Assembly (NCBI GenBank): GCA_023251075.1
Contig: JAHEZM010000011.1
Location: 23,663-87,662, forward strand
DNA: 64,000 bases
DNA from: Flavobacteriales bacterium
Lineage (GTDB): Bacteria > Bacteroidota > Bacteroidia > Flavobacteriales_C > GCA-002722245
Direction of reading: 5' to 3'
The translations under genes and the position numbers were made by a program. Below the pieces are notes generated by a model. It was not told the DNA's origin, made no database searches, and saw nothing but the letters and a program-made list of their open reading frames with translations. Positions 11,272 to 21,549 of this stretch are shown here, in pieces; within the stretch, counting starts at the first letter, position 1; the number at the start of each line of letters is the position of its first letter.

Positions 11272-11313
11272 ATTCCTCCCGCTGACTATGCCACCGGGAG
11301 AACCTTATAATCA

Positions 11314-11739
11314 TTAAAACATCGTAAGAATAGCAGCAACTACCAATAAGGAAACCAAGTGGTATCCGCTATTAATAGCAAACAATTTCCATGAATTATT
11401 TTCCCACACAGTAGCACCTAACTGACCCGGTAAATAAAAACCCAACCACGTAAAAACAGCAGTAGATAAGGTATTGGCCAATGGTCCCATTTCTTTAATA
11501 CCAGGTACAAATTGCCATGCAGCAATGTTGTGTGCAAGCACCCAGGCAAAAAGTAAATTACCAATTACCATAAAAGCCATACCTTTAAATAAAACAGATT
11601 TGTCGGGTTTCATATTAGGATCCTGCCCCATTTCTTTGCCCCAAGCTTTTCCAAAAAGAGGAGTGTACCAAATGAACCCTACAATAAAATTTACTACTAC
11701 TGCAATTAGAATAGCAACGATATTAATTTTTAATTCCAT
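11314..11739 (-). CDS. DUF1761-like small membrane protein
   Basis: 141 aa with four TM segments. The conserved WYTPLFGKAW segment resembles DUF1761 (assignment from memory). Confidence 0.5.
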   Translation of the reverse strand: MELKINIVAILIAVVVNFIVGFIWYTPLFGKAWGKEMGQDPNMKPDKSVLFKGMAFMVIGNLLFAWVLAHNIAAWQFVPGIKEMGPLANTLSTAVFTWLGFYLPGQLGATVWENNSWKLFAINSGYHLVSLLVVAAILTMF

Positions 11740-11769
11740 AATTTATTTTTTTGATTTCTTAAACTTACA

Positions 11770-11814
11770 AAAAAAATGACAAAACCAGAGGCCGTAATTT
11801 TACGGCCTCTGGTT
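11770..11814 (-). terminator. intrinsic terminator of the chitinase gene
   Basis: Hairpin ccagaggccgta/tacggcctctgg followed on the minus strand by a U-run (A8 on the plus strand at 11770-11777). Confidence 0.55.
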
Positions 11815-11838
11815 AAACTATTTTCTATGTATATAACT

Positions 11839-13533
11839 TTACTCTTTTACAAACTTAGAATACATTGCTTCTCCTGAAACGGCAGTCATTTTAAGCATAT
11901 AAATACCAGAAGACAATGGTTGAACATCTATTTTTGTTTGATTGGATTCAATCATTTTTTCTCCTTGTAAATTGTATATTTCCATTTGAGCAAAATGAAT
12001 ATCCGATTGGATATTTAAAGTTCCTGATGCAGGATTAGGAAAAACGCTCAATGCTTTATTTTCCAACATAGAAATCCCTGTACTGATATCAGCCACATTC
12101 ACATAATTCAAATTAAAATCACCTGCATCGAAAACAATACGCATAATTTTATTTCCTGAAGTAAGAGAAATATTATTCACAGTTACCGTTTGCCAGGTTT
12201 GCCATCCACCGGTATTGGGAACAGTGATAGCACCAGTAACATTGGTACCATTCATTTCAATATGAAAAGTTTTTCCGGCAGCCGTTGCAGCCACTCTTGC
12301 TTCAAATCTATAGCTTCCACTAGTAGTTACATTTACAGAATATTCCAACCATTCACCAGCAACCGTATAACCAACATTTAAACCACCTCCTGCATCGGTA
12401 CAGTTTTCCAAATCTACTGCATCAGCACGTGAGCCAGCTGCGCCTTCATTGGTTGGAGTTACATCATTGAAAGCGATATTTTGTCCGCCATTATCATAAT
12501 TCTCTACTTCCACTTTTCCAGGAATAGAAATAGTACTTCCATAAGCAGATTGTACAGCACCTGTACCTAAAACATCACTGATTGCTTTAAGTAAGGAATA
12601 CTGACCCGTGGCATCATTCGACAATTCCCAAATCATTACCCCCGCGTAACCATTGTCTTTGGCATATTGTGTTTTGTCCTCAATGGTTTGTACGCCATTG
12701 TAATAAATAATATTACCAATTACATCACTATTCCAAGCAGTAGGATATTGCGCAAGAATAGTAGAATATGCTTGATTTCCGGCATCAGCATTCCAACCAT
12801 AACCATAGAAGGGAAGTCCGAGTGTGATTTTATTTTTTGGCATTCCTTTATTTACCCAATAGTTCAAGGAAGTTTGTGCATAACTCATAGAAGAGTGCTG
12901 ACCAGGTGTAGCATCCCATGAACCTGTAGCATCGTAGGCCATAATATTGATGAAATCAAATTTTGGTAGGGTTGCATTCAATACATTATTTCCTCCGTAA
13001 TCATGCTTGAGCGCTGCAGTCAATAATTTACCCCTGTTGTTTCCATGCATAGAGGAAGCAAGTTCAGTAATAAATCCATCGTAATTACTGTTGATCGCAG
13101 GCCCTTCCATATCTATATCTACACCATCTAAACTATACTGATCTACATAGTCAGAAATTTTGGATACAAAAGCAGCACGATTTGCGGATGTAATAAGGTT
13201 AAAATAATAGCCTCTTATAGTAGCATCTTCTGATGCTCCACCACCACCCAAAGAAACCAAAACTTTTACACCGGCAGCATGTGCTTTAGTAACTAATGTA
13301 GTTAAACCCGTGCTGCTCTCTACCAAATTTCCGGCAGCATTAGGATTTTGAAATGCAAAATTGATGTGGGTAACTTTCGAATAATCAAAATTGTTTGCAA
13401 AAGTGGTTACGTTGATCCAATTAGGAACGTAGCCCACCACATAAAAAGAAGATTGTGCAGCTAATTGAAAAGCACTAAGTGCAAAAAATAAAAAAAGCAA
13501 TTTACTCTTCCTGAAATAGTAATTCAGACTCAT
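11839..13533 (-). CDS. secreted GH18 chitinase with CBM6 domain and T9SS type-A C-terminal sorting domain
   Basis: GH18 catalytic motif DGVDIDMEGP (DxxDxDxE). A central CBM6-like beta-sandwich (GYTVAGEWLEYSVNVTTSGSYRFEARVA). C-terminal LSVFPNPASGTLNIQ...GIYMLKMTA Por_Secre_tail. Confidence 0.85.
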   Translation of the reverse strand: MSLNYYFRKSKLLFLFFALSAFQLAAQSSFYVVGYVPNWINVTTFANNFDYSKVTHINFAFQNPNAAGNLVESSTGLTTLVTKAHAAGVKVLVSLGGGGASEDATIRGYYFNLITSANRAAFVSKISDYVDQYSLDGVDIDMEGPAINSNYDGFITELASSMHGNNRGKLLTAALKHDYGGNNVLNATLPKFDFINIMAYDATGSWDATPGQHSSMSYAQTSLNYWVNKGMPKNKITLGLPFYGYGWNADAGNQAYSTILAQYPTAWNSDVIGNIIYYNGVQTIEDKTQYAKDNGYAGVMIWELSNDATGQYSLLKAISDVLGTGAVQSAYGSTISIPGKVEVENYDNGGQNIAFNDVTPTNEGAAGSRADAVDLENCTDAGGGLNVGYTVAGEWLEYSVNVTTSGSYRFEARVAATAAGKTFHIEMNGTNVTGAITVPNTGGWQTWQTVTVNNISLTSGNKIMRIVFDAGDFNLNYVNVADISTGISMLENKALSVFPNPASGTLNIQSDIHFAQMEIYNLQGEKMIESNQTKIDVQPLSSGIYMLKMTAVSGEAMYSKFVKE

Positions 13534-13800
13534 AGTTGTAAGTTTTAATAGTTAATACTGTAGAAGAGTAGAAAGAATAACCCCTGAGAAAAGAATAGAC
13601 TAGATAATGCAATATAGGAATACTTAAATAAATAGCAAAAAATATTTTGCGTTAAAAATCCCTCGCTTACTCGCTTCTCTTAGCGTGCATTTTCTTTTCG
13701 CTAAGAGATTTTACTCTTAGAGGCGCCTCATTTTATTTTAAAAGAAAAAATAAGCCGAAGGCCATATGTGTTCGGAACCCTAGATGTCCTTTATCCAGTG

Positions 13801-13919
13801 CGTCCTTGCGAAAATTTTGTACTCAAAATTAAAGCAATCTCATCATGAAAACTCTAAATTAATTAGTATTAGCGTCATCAGATTGCTTTAATTTTGAGTA
13901 CAAAATTTTCGCAAGGACG
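13801..13919. repeat. perfect 40-bp-arm inverted repeat (stem-loop element) with 39-bp loop
   Basis: cgtccttgcgaaaattttgtactcaaaattaaagcaatct (13801-13840) is the exact reverse complement of 13880-13919. Each arm contains a nested sub-palindrome aattttg..caaaatt. Confidence 0.7.
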
Positions 13920-13930
13920 AACTAGGTGCA

Positions 13931-13963
13931 TAAAAAATCCCCTCTGATTTCTCAGAAGGGATT
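13931..13963 (-). terminator. intrinsic terminator of acnA
   Basis: atcccctctga/tcagaagggat hairpin preceded on the plus strand by A6, which is the U-tract on the minus strand. Confidence 0.5.
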
Positions 13964-13985
13964 TTCTCTATAAAGAATAATCTTA

Positions 13986-16259
13986 TTAGTTATTTCTCGC
14001 AGCCTCTAACTTAATCAAGTTCAACGCAGAACCTGCAACGAACCAACCAATTTGGCTATCGTTGTAAGTGTGGTTGCATTTGATTTCATCAGCAGTGCCA
14101 TTAGCATGTTTGAATTTCAATGTTAATGGTTTGCCTGGAGCAAATTGCTCTAAGTCTAAGAAGTCGATAGTATCGTCTTCCTGAATTTTATCGTAATCGG
14201 CAGGGTTAGCAAAAGTCAACGCCAACATACCTTGTTTCTTCAAGTTGGTTTCGTGGATACGAGCGAATGAACGCACCAATACCGCAACAGAACCCAGGTG
14301 ACGTGGCTCCATTGCCGCGTGCTCTCTTGAAGAACCTTCACCGTAGTTTTCATCACCAACGATGATAGATGCCACTCCAGCTGCTTTGTAAGCACGAGCC
14401 GTTGCGGGAACTTCACCATAAGCACCATTCAATTGATTTTTCACTTTGTTGGTTTCTTCATTGAAAGCATTCACCGCACCAATCAAACAGTTGTTTGAAA
14501 TGTTGTCTAAGTGTCCGCGGTATTTCAACCATGGTCCGGCCATAGAAATATGATCGGTAGTACATTTACCTTTTGCTTTGATCAACAATTTAGCACCTGT
14601 GATATTTTTCTTGTTCCAAGGTGTAAACTCTTCTAACAATTGCAAACGATCTGATGTAGGAGAAACTTTAACTTCTACTGTTGAACCATCAGCAGCAGGA
14701 GCTTGGTATCCGTTGTCTTCAACAGCAAATCCTTTAGATGGTAATTCGTCACCTTTAGGAGCTTCTAATTTAACTTGCTCACCTTTGTCGTTGGTTAAAG
14801 TATCTGTTAATGGGTTGAATCCTAAGTTACCGGCAATTGCCAAAGCAGCAACGATTTCAGGCGACGCTACGAAAGCGTAAGTATTTGGATTACCATCGGC
14901 ACGTTTCGCGAAGTTTCTGTTGAAAGAGTGAATGATGGTATTTTTTTCTTTTTTATCAGCACCTGCTCTGTCCCACTGACCGATACACGGACCGCAAGCA
15001 TTGGTAAACAAAGTAGCATTTACTTTTTCGAAAGGAGTTAATAAACCATCTCTTTCTGCAGTGTAACGTACTTGCTCAGAACCCGGATTGATACCGAATT
15101 CAGCTTTAGTCACTAAACCTTTATTCACCGCTTGAGTTGCGATAGAAGCAGCACGCGCTAAATCTTCATAAGAAGAGTTGGTACAAGAACCAATCAATCC
15201 CCATTCGATTGCTAAAGGCCAGCCATTCGCTTCGGCTTCAGCTTTCAATTTAGAAATCGGTGTAGCTCTATCGGGAGTGAACGGACCGTTTACATGCGGC
15301 TCTAATTCGCTCAAGTTGATTTCAATGATTTGATCAAAATATTTTTCAGGATTTGCATAAACTTCAGGATCGGCAGTCAAATGCTCTTTCACCGCGTTAG
15401 CAGCATCAGCCACATCATTTCTTCCTGTAGAACGTAAGTATCTTTCCATTGACTCATCGTAACCGAAAGTTGAAGTGGTTGCTCCAATCTCAGCACCCAT
15501 GTTACAAATGGTACCTTTACCAGTACAACTTAGAGATTTCGCTCCGTCGCCGAAATATTCAACAATAGCACCTGTTCCACCTTTTACAGTAAGGATACCG
15601 GCCACTTTTAAAATAACGTCTTTAGAGGCAGTCCAACCGTTTAATTTACCGGTTAACTTAACACCAATCAATTTAGGGAATTTCAACTCCCAGGCCATAC
15701 CCGACATAACGTCAACGGCATCGGCACCACCTACACCAATCGCCACCATACCTAACCCACCTGCGTTAACAGTGTGAGAATCGGTACCAATCATCATTCC
15801 GCCAGGGAATGCATAATTTTCCAATACCACTTGGTGAATGATACCAGCACCCGGTTTCCAAAAACCAATACCATACTTGTTGGTAACGGTAGAAAGGAAA
15901 TCAAATACTTCTTTGTTGGTTATGTTTGAAGTGCTCAAATCTTGTTTGGCACCCAATTTAGCTTGGATTAAGTGATCGGCATGAACAGTAGTAGGAACCG
16001 CTACTTTGCTTTTTCCTGCTTGCATGAATTGCAATAGGGCCATTTGTGCGGTGGCATCCTGACAAGCGATTCTATCCGGAGCGAAATCTACGTAAGACTT
16101 ACCTCTTCCGTAAGCTTCAGTAGCATCACCTTGCCACAAGTGAGTGTAAAGAATTTTTTCGGTTAAAGTTAATGGGCGACCCACTACTTTTCTTGCTTGT
16201 GCTACTCTTGCCGGATACTTAGCGTAGAGCGCTTTAATCATTTCGATGTCAAATGCCAT
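13986..16259 (-). CDS. acnA: aconitate hydratase
   Basis: 757 aa with multiple aconitase-family motifs, including Fe-S ligand regions ([19 protein letters not shown]) and the swivel domain. Confidence 0.95.
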   Translation of the reverse strand: MAFDIEMIKALYAKYPARVAQARKVVGRPLTLTEKILYTHLWQGDATEAYGRGKSYVDFAPDRIACQDATAQMALLQFMQAGKSKVAVPTTVHADHLIQAKLGAKQDLSTSNITNKEVFDFLSTVTNKYGIGFWKPGAGIIHQVVLENYAFPGGMMIGTDSHTVNAGGLGMVAIGVGGADAVDVMSGMAWELKFPKLIGVKLTGKLNGWTASKDVILKVAGILTVKGGTGAIVEYFGDGAKSLSCTGKGTICNMGAEIGATTSTFGYDESMERYLRSTGRNDVADAANAVKEHLTADPEVYANPEKYFDQIIEINLSELEPHVNGPFTPDRATPISKLKAEAEANGWPLAIEWGLIGSCTNSSYEDLARAASIATQAVNKGLVTKAEFGINPGSEQVRYTAERDGLLTPFEKVNATLFTNACGPCIGQWDRAGADKKEKNTIIHSFNRNFAKRADGNPNTYAFVASPEIVAALAIAGNLGFNPLTDTLTNDKGEQVKLEAPKGDELPSKGFAVEDNGYQAPAADGSTVEVKVSPTSDRLQLLEEFTPWNKKNITGAKLLIKAKGKCTTDHISMAGPWLKYRGHLDNISNNCLIGAVNAFNEETNKVKNQLNGAYGEVPATARAYKAAGVASIIVGDENYGEGSSREHAAMEPRHLGSVAVLVRSFARIHETNLKKQGMLALTFANPADYDKIQEDDTIDFLDLEQFAPGKPLTLKFKHANGTADEIKCNHTYNDSQIGWFVAGSALNLIKLEAARNN

Positions 16260-16361
16260 GTTGCTGTTTTTTTGTGTTTAACAAATCCCCTTTTTTTGGA
16301 GAGCAACCAAAAATAAGAAAATTAGGATACAAGTAAAGGGATTGAAAGAAAAACTTGAGTA

Positions 16362-19148
16362 TTATTTACCTGAAGGGTTTTCTGTTGCGTTAAGCTTTTT
16401 GAACTTATAAGTAAACGTGGCCATGAAATACTGCTGAAGTACTACATTTTTCAAATCTTCAACATAGGTATCACCCACCGTTCTGGTGATACTGTTGTTT
16501 TGTTGCAGTACATCAAACACAGAGATTTTAAATTCACCTTGATCGTCTTTCGAAAATTTCTTGGCCAGCGAAGCATTCCATAGCAAATAATTTCTGTTGA
16601 AAGAGCTGCTTAAACCGGTGTACCAAGTATGGGTTATTTCACTTTGCACAACCATTCCTTTCCAGAAAGTCCAATTGACTTTAGCAGTACTCAACAAATT
16701 AAAATAATTATTGTTGCTACTCGATTGTAAAGTATTATTCACTTCATTATAACTCCCTATTGACGATAAGGAGAAATCAATTTTTTCACTGATATTGCTA
16801 GAAAGCGTAAGTCCCATAGGGTAAGAATACGATTGAGAATATCCTTTTACTCCATTCAATAAAATAGGAGTAGTGGAATAGGTAAATCCGCCATTTAAAC
16901 TAAAATTACATTTGATGAATTTTAGCGGACTACTAAACATTAAATACGATCTCATATTCCAATAACCATCGAGATTAATGGGTTGAGAATAACGTGTGCC
17001 TTGCTTTAATTCCTTGCCATCAGAAAGCACCACATTGGAATTTACCAATTGTGTTGCATTAGAAATATAATTCAAGGTTTTATTCAACATTGCAAAAGCC
17101 ATCAAGCTTCTCGACTTTTTGTTATTGTACATAAATCGCACATTTACATTGTGCGAATAAGATGTTTTTAACGATGCATTTCCTACCGTAAGTAAAAGTG
17201 GATTACTATTGTTCCAAATCTCTTGTAATTGATTTACAGAAGGTACATTTACTTGTGTTTTATAATTGAATTTAATGTTGCTCACACCTGAAAATTTCAT
17301 TTTTAAAGTTGCACTGGGTAACACATTTTCGAAGCGACGCTGCACCTCTACGGAAGAAGGAAAAATTTGATCGTTGAACATATCTACTCTCTGGTAATCT
17401 GCACCCATCATGAGCGACGCCTTTTTAATATTTATACGCAAAGCCGGCCCGATTTGCTGAGTATAATAATTACTATTAAAATTCCCCGATAAGTTAGTAT
17501 CCAAAACAGAATACGAATTACTGATATCATTAAAATGAAGAGTATTGAATTGAGAAGAATTTTCATTGTAAGCAACTTTATAAGCTACTAATAGTTGCGC
17601 AATTTTTCCTAATGGTTCGGTATAAGTTAAGTTGGCGGAATACGAATTATTTGGAGTATTTTGAATACTATGCTGATTTACTGTATCAGCAGATGAAGTA
17701 GAAAAATATTGATTTAATGCATTCAATTGATTATTGCTTTTTTTGTTGTTCCAATCGCCATGTAAATTGGTAGAAATAGTTCTTCCTTTTTTGGTAAACC
17801 GATGACGGAATAACAAATCACTCCCCAACTTGTAAGATGAAGAATTAGCCGTTACATCATTTTGAGTTGCATTCAACAAGGTTTGTAAAACACTGCTGTT
17901 TCCATTCACTGAATTGTTATTGTTAGAATTTTGAAAACTGAAAGTAGGCGTAAAAAGGATAGAATTCATTGAATCAATAGCATATTCAAAACGTGTATTA
18001 AAACGATGGTTATAGGATGTAGTAAGATAAGTTCCCCATTCATTGTAATGCACTGAGGAATCATTAGACGCATAAAATTGGCGGTTTAAACTTTGTGTAT
18101 TATTGTTGCTTCCCTGATTAAAAAAATAACTGCCACTCACCTTTATTTTCTTTCCACACACATCACTATAATTCAATCCGAAAGAATTTACAGTATTTAT
18201 TCCCGATTGCGGGGAAGTCATTAAATTATTCGAAGGTCCATTATTTTTCGCACCTCTATATGGTGAGCTTTGTGGTGCAGAACCGGTAGCAGTTGTTAAA
18301 TCATCGGAAGAAAAATTTTGAATATTGATGTTATTCGATAAACCCAAGAGAGAGATTTTTCTATCTTTTTTAAAATTATGGTAAGTCAATCCAGCCTGAT
18401 ATTTATTATTGGTTCCATAACCAGCATAAACCTTTCCCATCACTCCGTTTTTCAGCTGATTTTTAGTCACCAAATTCATGGCTTTGGAAGATTGTCCGTC
18501 ATCAAAGCCAGTAAACATAGCCTGATCACTCATTTGATCATACACTTCTACTTTATCAATCATATCGGCAGAAATATTTTTAAGTGCAGCATTGGCATCA
18601 TCGCCAAAATAGGTTTTACCATCCACCGTTACCTTCTTTACCTCTTCGCCTTGTGCTTTTACCTGTCCGTTTTCCACTGTTAAACCAGGCATTTTCTTTA
18701 CTAAATCTTCTGCTGTTGCATCGGGATTGGTTTTAAAAGAACCCGCATTAAACTGTAAAGTATCACCGGTCATTTTAGTGCTTTGTGCTTGCTTTGTAAT
18801 TTTTACTTCGTGATGGATCAATGCTTTATTTTCAAGAATAAGAGTTCCTAAATCATAGGCAGCTGTTGAATAATATCCCACTTTGTTATATTGAGTATAA
18901 CCCACATAATTAATATTGAGTTGATACAAACCCGGTTCTATAAACTGAGTACTAAAAGAAAATTCTCCCCTATCATTGGTCAATGAAGACATACGCACTG
19001 AAGAATCTTTGATATTGGTTAATGTGATGGTTGCTGACACAAGTACATTACCTAAAGAATCTTTAACCACACCTTTAATAAAATCACCTTGCTGAGCTTT
19101 AACAAAGCCAGCAAAAAGAATAAATATGATTAATATTATTTTTTTCAT
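16362..19148 (-). CDS. outer membrane beta-barrel protein, TonB-dependent-receptor-like with N-terminal carboxypeptidase-regulatory-like domain
   Basis: Signal peptide MKKIILIIFILFAGFVKAQQ. CarboxypepD_reg-like segment (GVVKDSLGNVLVSATITL), then a plug-like region and a long Asn/Ser/Tyr-rich barrel. Start moved to the internal Met because the longer ORF runs through a terminator hairpin. Confidence 0.75.
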   Translation of the reverse strand: MKKIILIIFILFAGFVKAQQGDFIKGVVKDSLGNVLVSATITLTNIKDSSVRMSSLTNDRGEFSFSTQFIEPGLYQLNINYVGYTQYNKVGYYSTAAYDLGTLILENKALIHHEVKITKQAQSTKMTGDTLQFNAGSFKTNPDATAEDLVKKMPGLTVENGQVKAQGEEVKKVTVDGKTYFGDDANAALKNISADMIDKVEVYDQMSDQAMFTGFDDGQSSKAMNLVTKNQLKNGVMGKVYAGYGTNNKYQAGLTYHNFKKDRKISLLGLSNNINIQNFSSDDLTTATGSAPQSSPYRGAKNNGPSNNLMTSPQSGINTVNSFGLNYSDVCGKKIKVSGSYFFNQGSNNNTQSLNRQFYASNDSSVHYNEWGTYLTTSYNHRFNTRFEYAIDSMNSILFTPTFSFQNSNNNNSVNGNSSVLQTLLNATQNDVTANSSSYKLGSDLLFRHRFTKKGRTISTNLHGDWNNKKSNNQLNALNQYFSTSSADTVNQHSIQNTPNNSYSANLTYTEPLGKIAQLLVAYKVAYNENSSQFNTLHFNDISNSYSVLDTNLSGNFNSNYYTQQIGPALRINIKKASLMMGADYQRVDMFNDQIFPSSVEVQRRFENVLPSATLKMKFSGVSNIKFNYKTQVNVPSVNQLQEIWNNSNPLLLTVGNASLKTSYSHNVNVRFMYNNKKSRSLMAFAMLNKTLNYISNATQLVNSNVVLSDGKELKQGTRYSQPINLDGYWNMRSYLMFSSPLKFIKCNFSLNGGFTYSTTPILLNGVKGYSQSYSYPMGLTLSSNISEKIDFSLSSIGSYNEVNNTLQSSSNNNYFNLLSTAKVNWTFWKGMVVQSEITHTWYTGLSSSFNRNYLLWNASLAKKFSKDDQGEFKISVFDVLQQNNSITRTVGDTYVEDLKNVVLQQYFMATFTYKFKKLNATENPSGK

Positions 19149-19210
19149 GAAAGAGTGAAGATAAGACAAGCAAAGAAATAAACGGTTTAGCCGCATCAGC
19201 AAAAAAATGA

Positions 19211-19241
19211 AAAAGCCGCGTGTGGGGCACGCGGCTTTTTG
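19211..19241 (-). terminator. terminator-like GC hairpin 63 nt upstream of the receptor start
   Basis: aaaaagccgcgtgtggggcacgcggcttttt, symmetrical A/T runs on both sides. Confidence 0.45.
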
Positions 19242-19629
19242 GAGGGGATAAAACAATAAACAACATTATAAGGTTTACATCAATTGAGTAGCTTTATTTA
19301 GCTTACAACTTGAGTAATAAAAGAACGATTGGCTAACTGTTGATGTACCTTAAAACTTTAACCTAGTGGCACAAATGTACAATACGTTTCCATCATCATG
19401 CAAGTTTTTTTAAAAAAATATTTTATTTTTCTTACACCACTAGATACTAGGACTTTAGGATGGAAACGAAAATAAATAAATAACGTTTTTGAATTGTTTT
19501 TTGGCTCCTATATAAATAAAACGTTTCCTAATATTAACCAAAAATTGATGTGAATTAATAGAAGGAGAACTGGAAAAGTATTATCGAAATAAAGGTATAA
19601 GACGATAGTTCCTTCGGAGCACTTTAAAC

Positions 19630-19660
19630 AAAAAGAGCTGCCTAACAGCAGCTCTCTATA
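19630..19660 (-). terminator. intrinsic terminator of rpoD
   Basis: gagctgc/gcagctc hairpin with A5 on the plus strand 5' side (U-tract on the minus strand). Confidence 0.5.
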
Positions 19661-19676
19661 GTTATGAGGATAATGA

Positions 19677-20540
19677 TTATCCCAAATAAGATCTCAGCAA
19701 CTTACTTTTAGTGTGATGTTTTAATCTTCTAATGGCTTTCTCTTTAATCTGACGAACGCGTTCGCGAGTTAAACCATGTTTATTACCAATCTCCTCCAGC
19801 GTAAACGCATGAGGCAAACCAATTCCAAAAAACATTTTCAAAACATCTGCTTCTCTTTCTGTTAAAGTGGAAAGTGAGCGTTGAATCTCCGCATGTAAGG
19901 ATTCAGAAATTAATTTTCTATCGGCAGTAGGAGAATCATCGTTTTGAAGTACATCCAACAAACCATGATCTTCACCATCCTGAAACGGAGCATCAATTGA
20001 AGTATGTCGGCCTGCAATGCTAATTGCTCCTTCCACCTCATCGATATCCATCTCCACAGCTTCTGCAATCTCTTCTACTGTTGGCTCACGCTCTAATCTT
20101 TGCTCTAAATCGGAAATACCTTTTTTGATTTTGGTTAAATTACCTACTTTATTAAGAGGTAAACGCACCATACGACTTTGATCGGCAATGGCAGCGATGA
20201 TACTCTGACGAATCCACCATACTGCATAGGAGATAAATTTAAACCCCCTAGTTTCATCAAAACGCTGAGCAGCTTTTATTAAACCTAAATTTCCTTCATT
20301 AATTAAATCGGGAAGAGTTAAACCTTGATTTTGATATTGCTTTGCAACAGAAACTACAAATCGCAAGTTGGCGGTAGTCAAGCGTTCTAAAGCAGCCTGA
20401 TCACCAGCACGAATTTTAATGGCCAACTGCACCTCCTCTTCGGAGTTAATCAACTCTACCTTTCCAATTTCCTGAAGATATTTATCGAGAGTAACGCTGT
20501 CGCGGTTGGTAATAGATTTCGTGATTTTCAGTTGTCTCAT
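19677..20540 (-). CDS. rpoD: RNA polymerase primary sigma factor (short Bacteroidota SigA/RpoD form)
   Basis: 287 aa with region 2 ([12 protein letters not shown]), region 3 and region 4.2 ([27 protein letters not shown]) signatures. Confidence 0.9.
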   Translation of the reverse strand: MRQLKITKSITNRDSVTLDKYLQEIGKVELINSEEEVQLAIKIRAGDQAALERLTTANLRFVVSVAKQYQNQGLTLPDLINEGNLGLIKAAQRFDETRGFKFISYAVWWIRQSIIAAIADQSRMVRLPLNKVGNLTKIKKGISDLEQRLEREPTVEEIAEAVEMDIDEVEGAISIAGRHTSIDAPFQDGEDHGLLDVLQNDDSPTADRKLISESLHAEIQRSLSTLTEREADVLKMFFGIGLPHAFTLEEIGNKHGLTRERVRQIKEKAIRRLKHHTKSKLLRSYLG

Positions 20541-20676
20541 ATCTGGATACTTAAATTACTGGCATTATGCAATCAAAAATAGGTTGTTCCAACTGTAATC
20601 TGGCATATAACAGCAAATTTATTTGAACATAGCATGTTAAGAACTATATATTTTTATGTAAATTAGAAGGAATACC

Positions 20677-21549
20677 ATGAAGAAAACGACCCTAATTATA
20701 CTTTATTTCATCCACTCCTATTGCATTGCGCAACAAGGAACTCCTTTTGAAAAGTATGGTCCCTTTCAAACCAAAAACTACACTTCTTTTTCTGATGCTT
20801 TGAAAAATGAACAAGAGGCATTTAAATTAAAAAGTGAAAATGAAGATCTGTCGAAAGACATCAGAAAGCTCAAAAATCTAGGTGCTTTACAAGTATTGAT
20901 ATTAACGGAGAACAACTTAGATTCTCTGCCTCAGGAAGTAAGCACACTAAGTAATTTGATGTATTTTGAATCTTCTAAAAATTCCCTAAAAAAAATCCCT
21001 ACAGGGGTTTCAGCATGGCAAAAATTAGTAGAACTACACTTATTCAACACTCAACTAGATAGTTTACCACTTGAACTAAAACACTTGCCTGCGCTAAAAA
21101 TTATTGAAATACAAAATAACAGCAATAAAAATTTTAAGTTGGGGAAAGGACTAGAGCACAACAAAAGCTTACAGGAAATTATCCTTTACAAAAACAATTT
21201 AAAATCTTTTCCTTCTGAATTATTGACTTGCAAGGAAATGAAAGAAATAGTAATTACTTCTTGTGGTATCACTAAAATTAGCGACTCTATTTCCAAATTA
21301 AGCAAATTGGAAGCATTGGTTTTAGATAGCAACTTAATCACTGAAATTCCAAAAAGTGTTTTTGAATTAAGCAATTTGAAATACTTATCTATCAAAGGAA
21401 ATAAATTGAAAATCGCTCCAGAGAATTTATACTACCTGCAAAAATTAGAGATTCTTGATTTACGCGAAAACCCTATAGCACAAGAACAAATTGACGTACT
21501 TCGCGCATTGATGCCTAAATGCAAAATATTATTCGAAGGGAAAAATTAA
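20677..21549 (+). CDS. secreted leucine-rich repeat protein
   Basis: Signal peptide, then about ten LxxLxLxxNxL repeats (LDSNLITEIP, LSIKGNKLKIAP, LDLRENPI). Confidence 0.8.
   Translation: MKKTTLIILYFIHSYCIAQQGTPFEKYGPFQTKNYTSFSDALKNEQEAFKLKSENEDLSKDIRKLKNLGALQVLILTENNLDSLPQEVSTLSNLMYFESSKNSLKKIPTGVSAWQKLVELHLFNTQLDSLPLELKHLPALKIIEIQNNSNKNFKLGKGLEHNKSLQEIILYKNNLKSFPSELLTCKEMKEIVITSCGITKISDSISKLSKLEALVLDSNLITEIPKSVFELSNLKYLSIKGNKLKIAPENLYYLQKLEILDLRENPIAQEQIDVLRALMPKCKILFEGKN

Noticed and set aside
13731-13800. Possible tRNA or T-loop-like sequence (gtgttcggaaccc) in the acnA-chitinase spacer
   Set aside because: No acceptor-stem or anticodon-arm complementarity could be built around it, and no other intergenic region showed a cloverleaf.
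14578-15777. Plus-strand 100-aa ORFs inside acnA, and similar antisense ORFs such as 347..562, 3288..3542, 4888..5160, 8647..8853, 9130..9468, 44929..45414, 50326..51012
   Set aside because: They lie entirely inside strongly supported genes on the opposite strand, have biased low-complexity composition and no homology. They are shadow ORFs.
16362-19256. Longer 964-aa form of the outer-membrane receptor ORF starting at 19256
   Set aside because: The extra 36 codons run through the terminator hairpin at 19211-19241 and add a non-signal-like leader. The internal Met at 19148 gives a canonical MKKIILIIF signal peptide.
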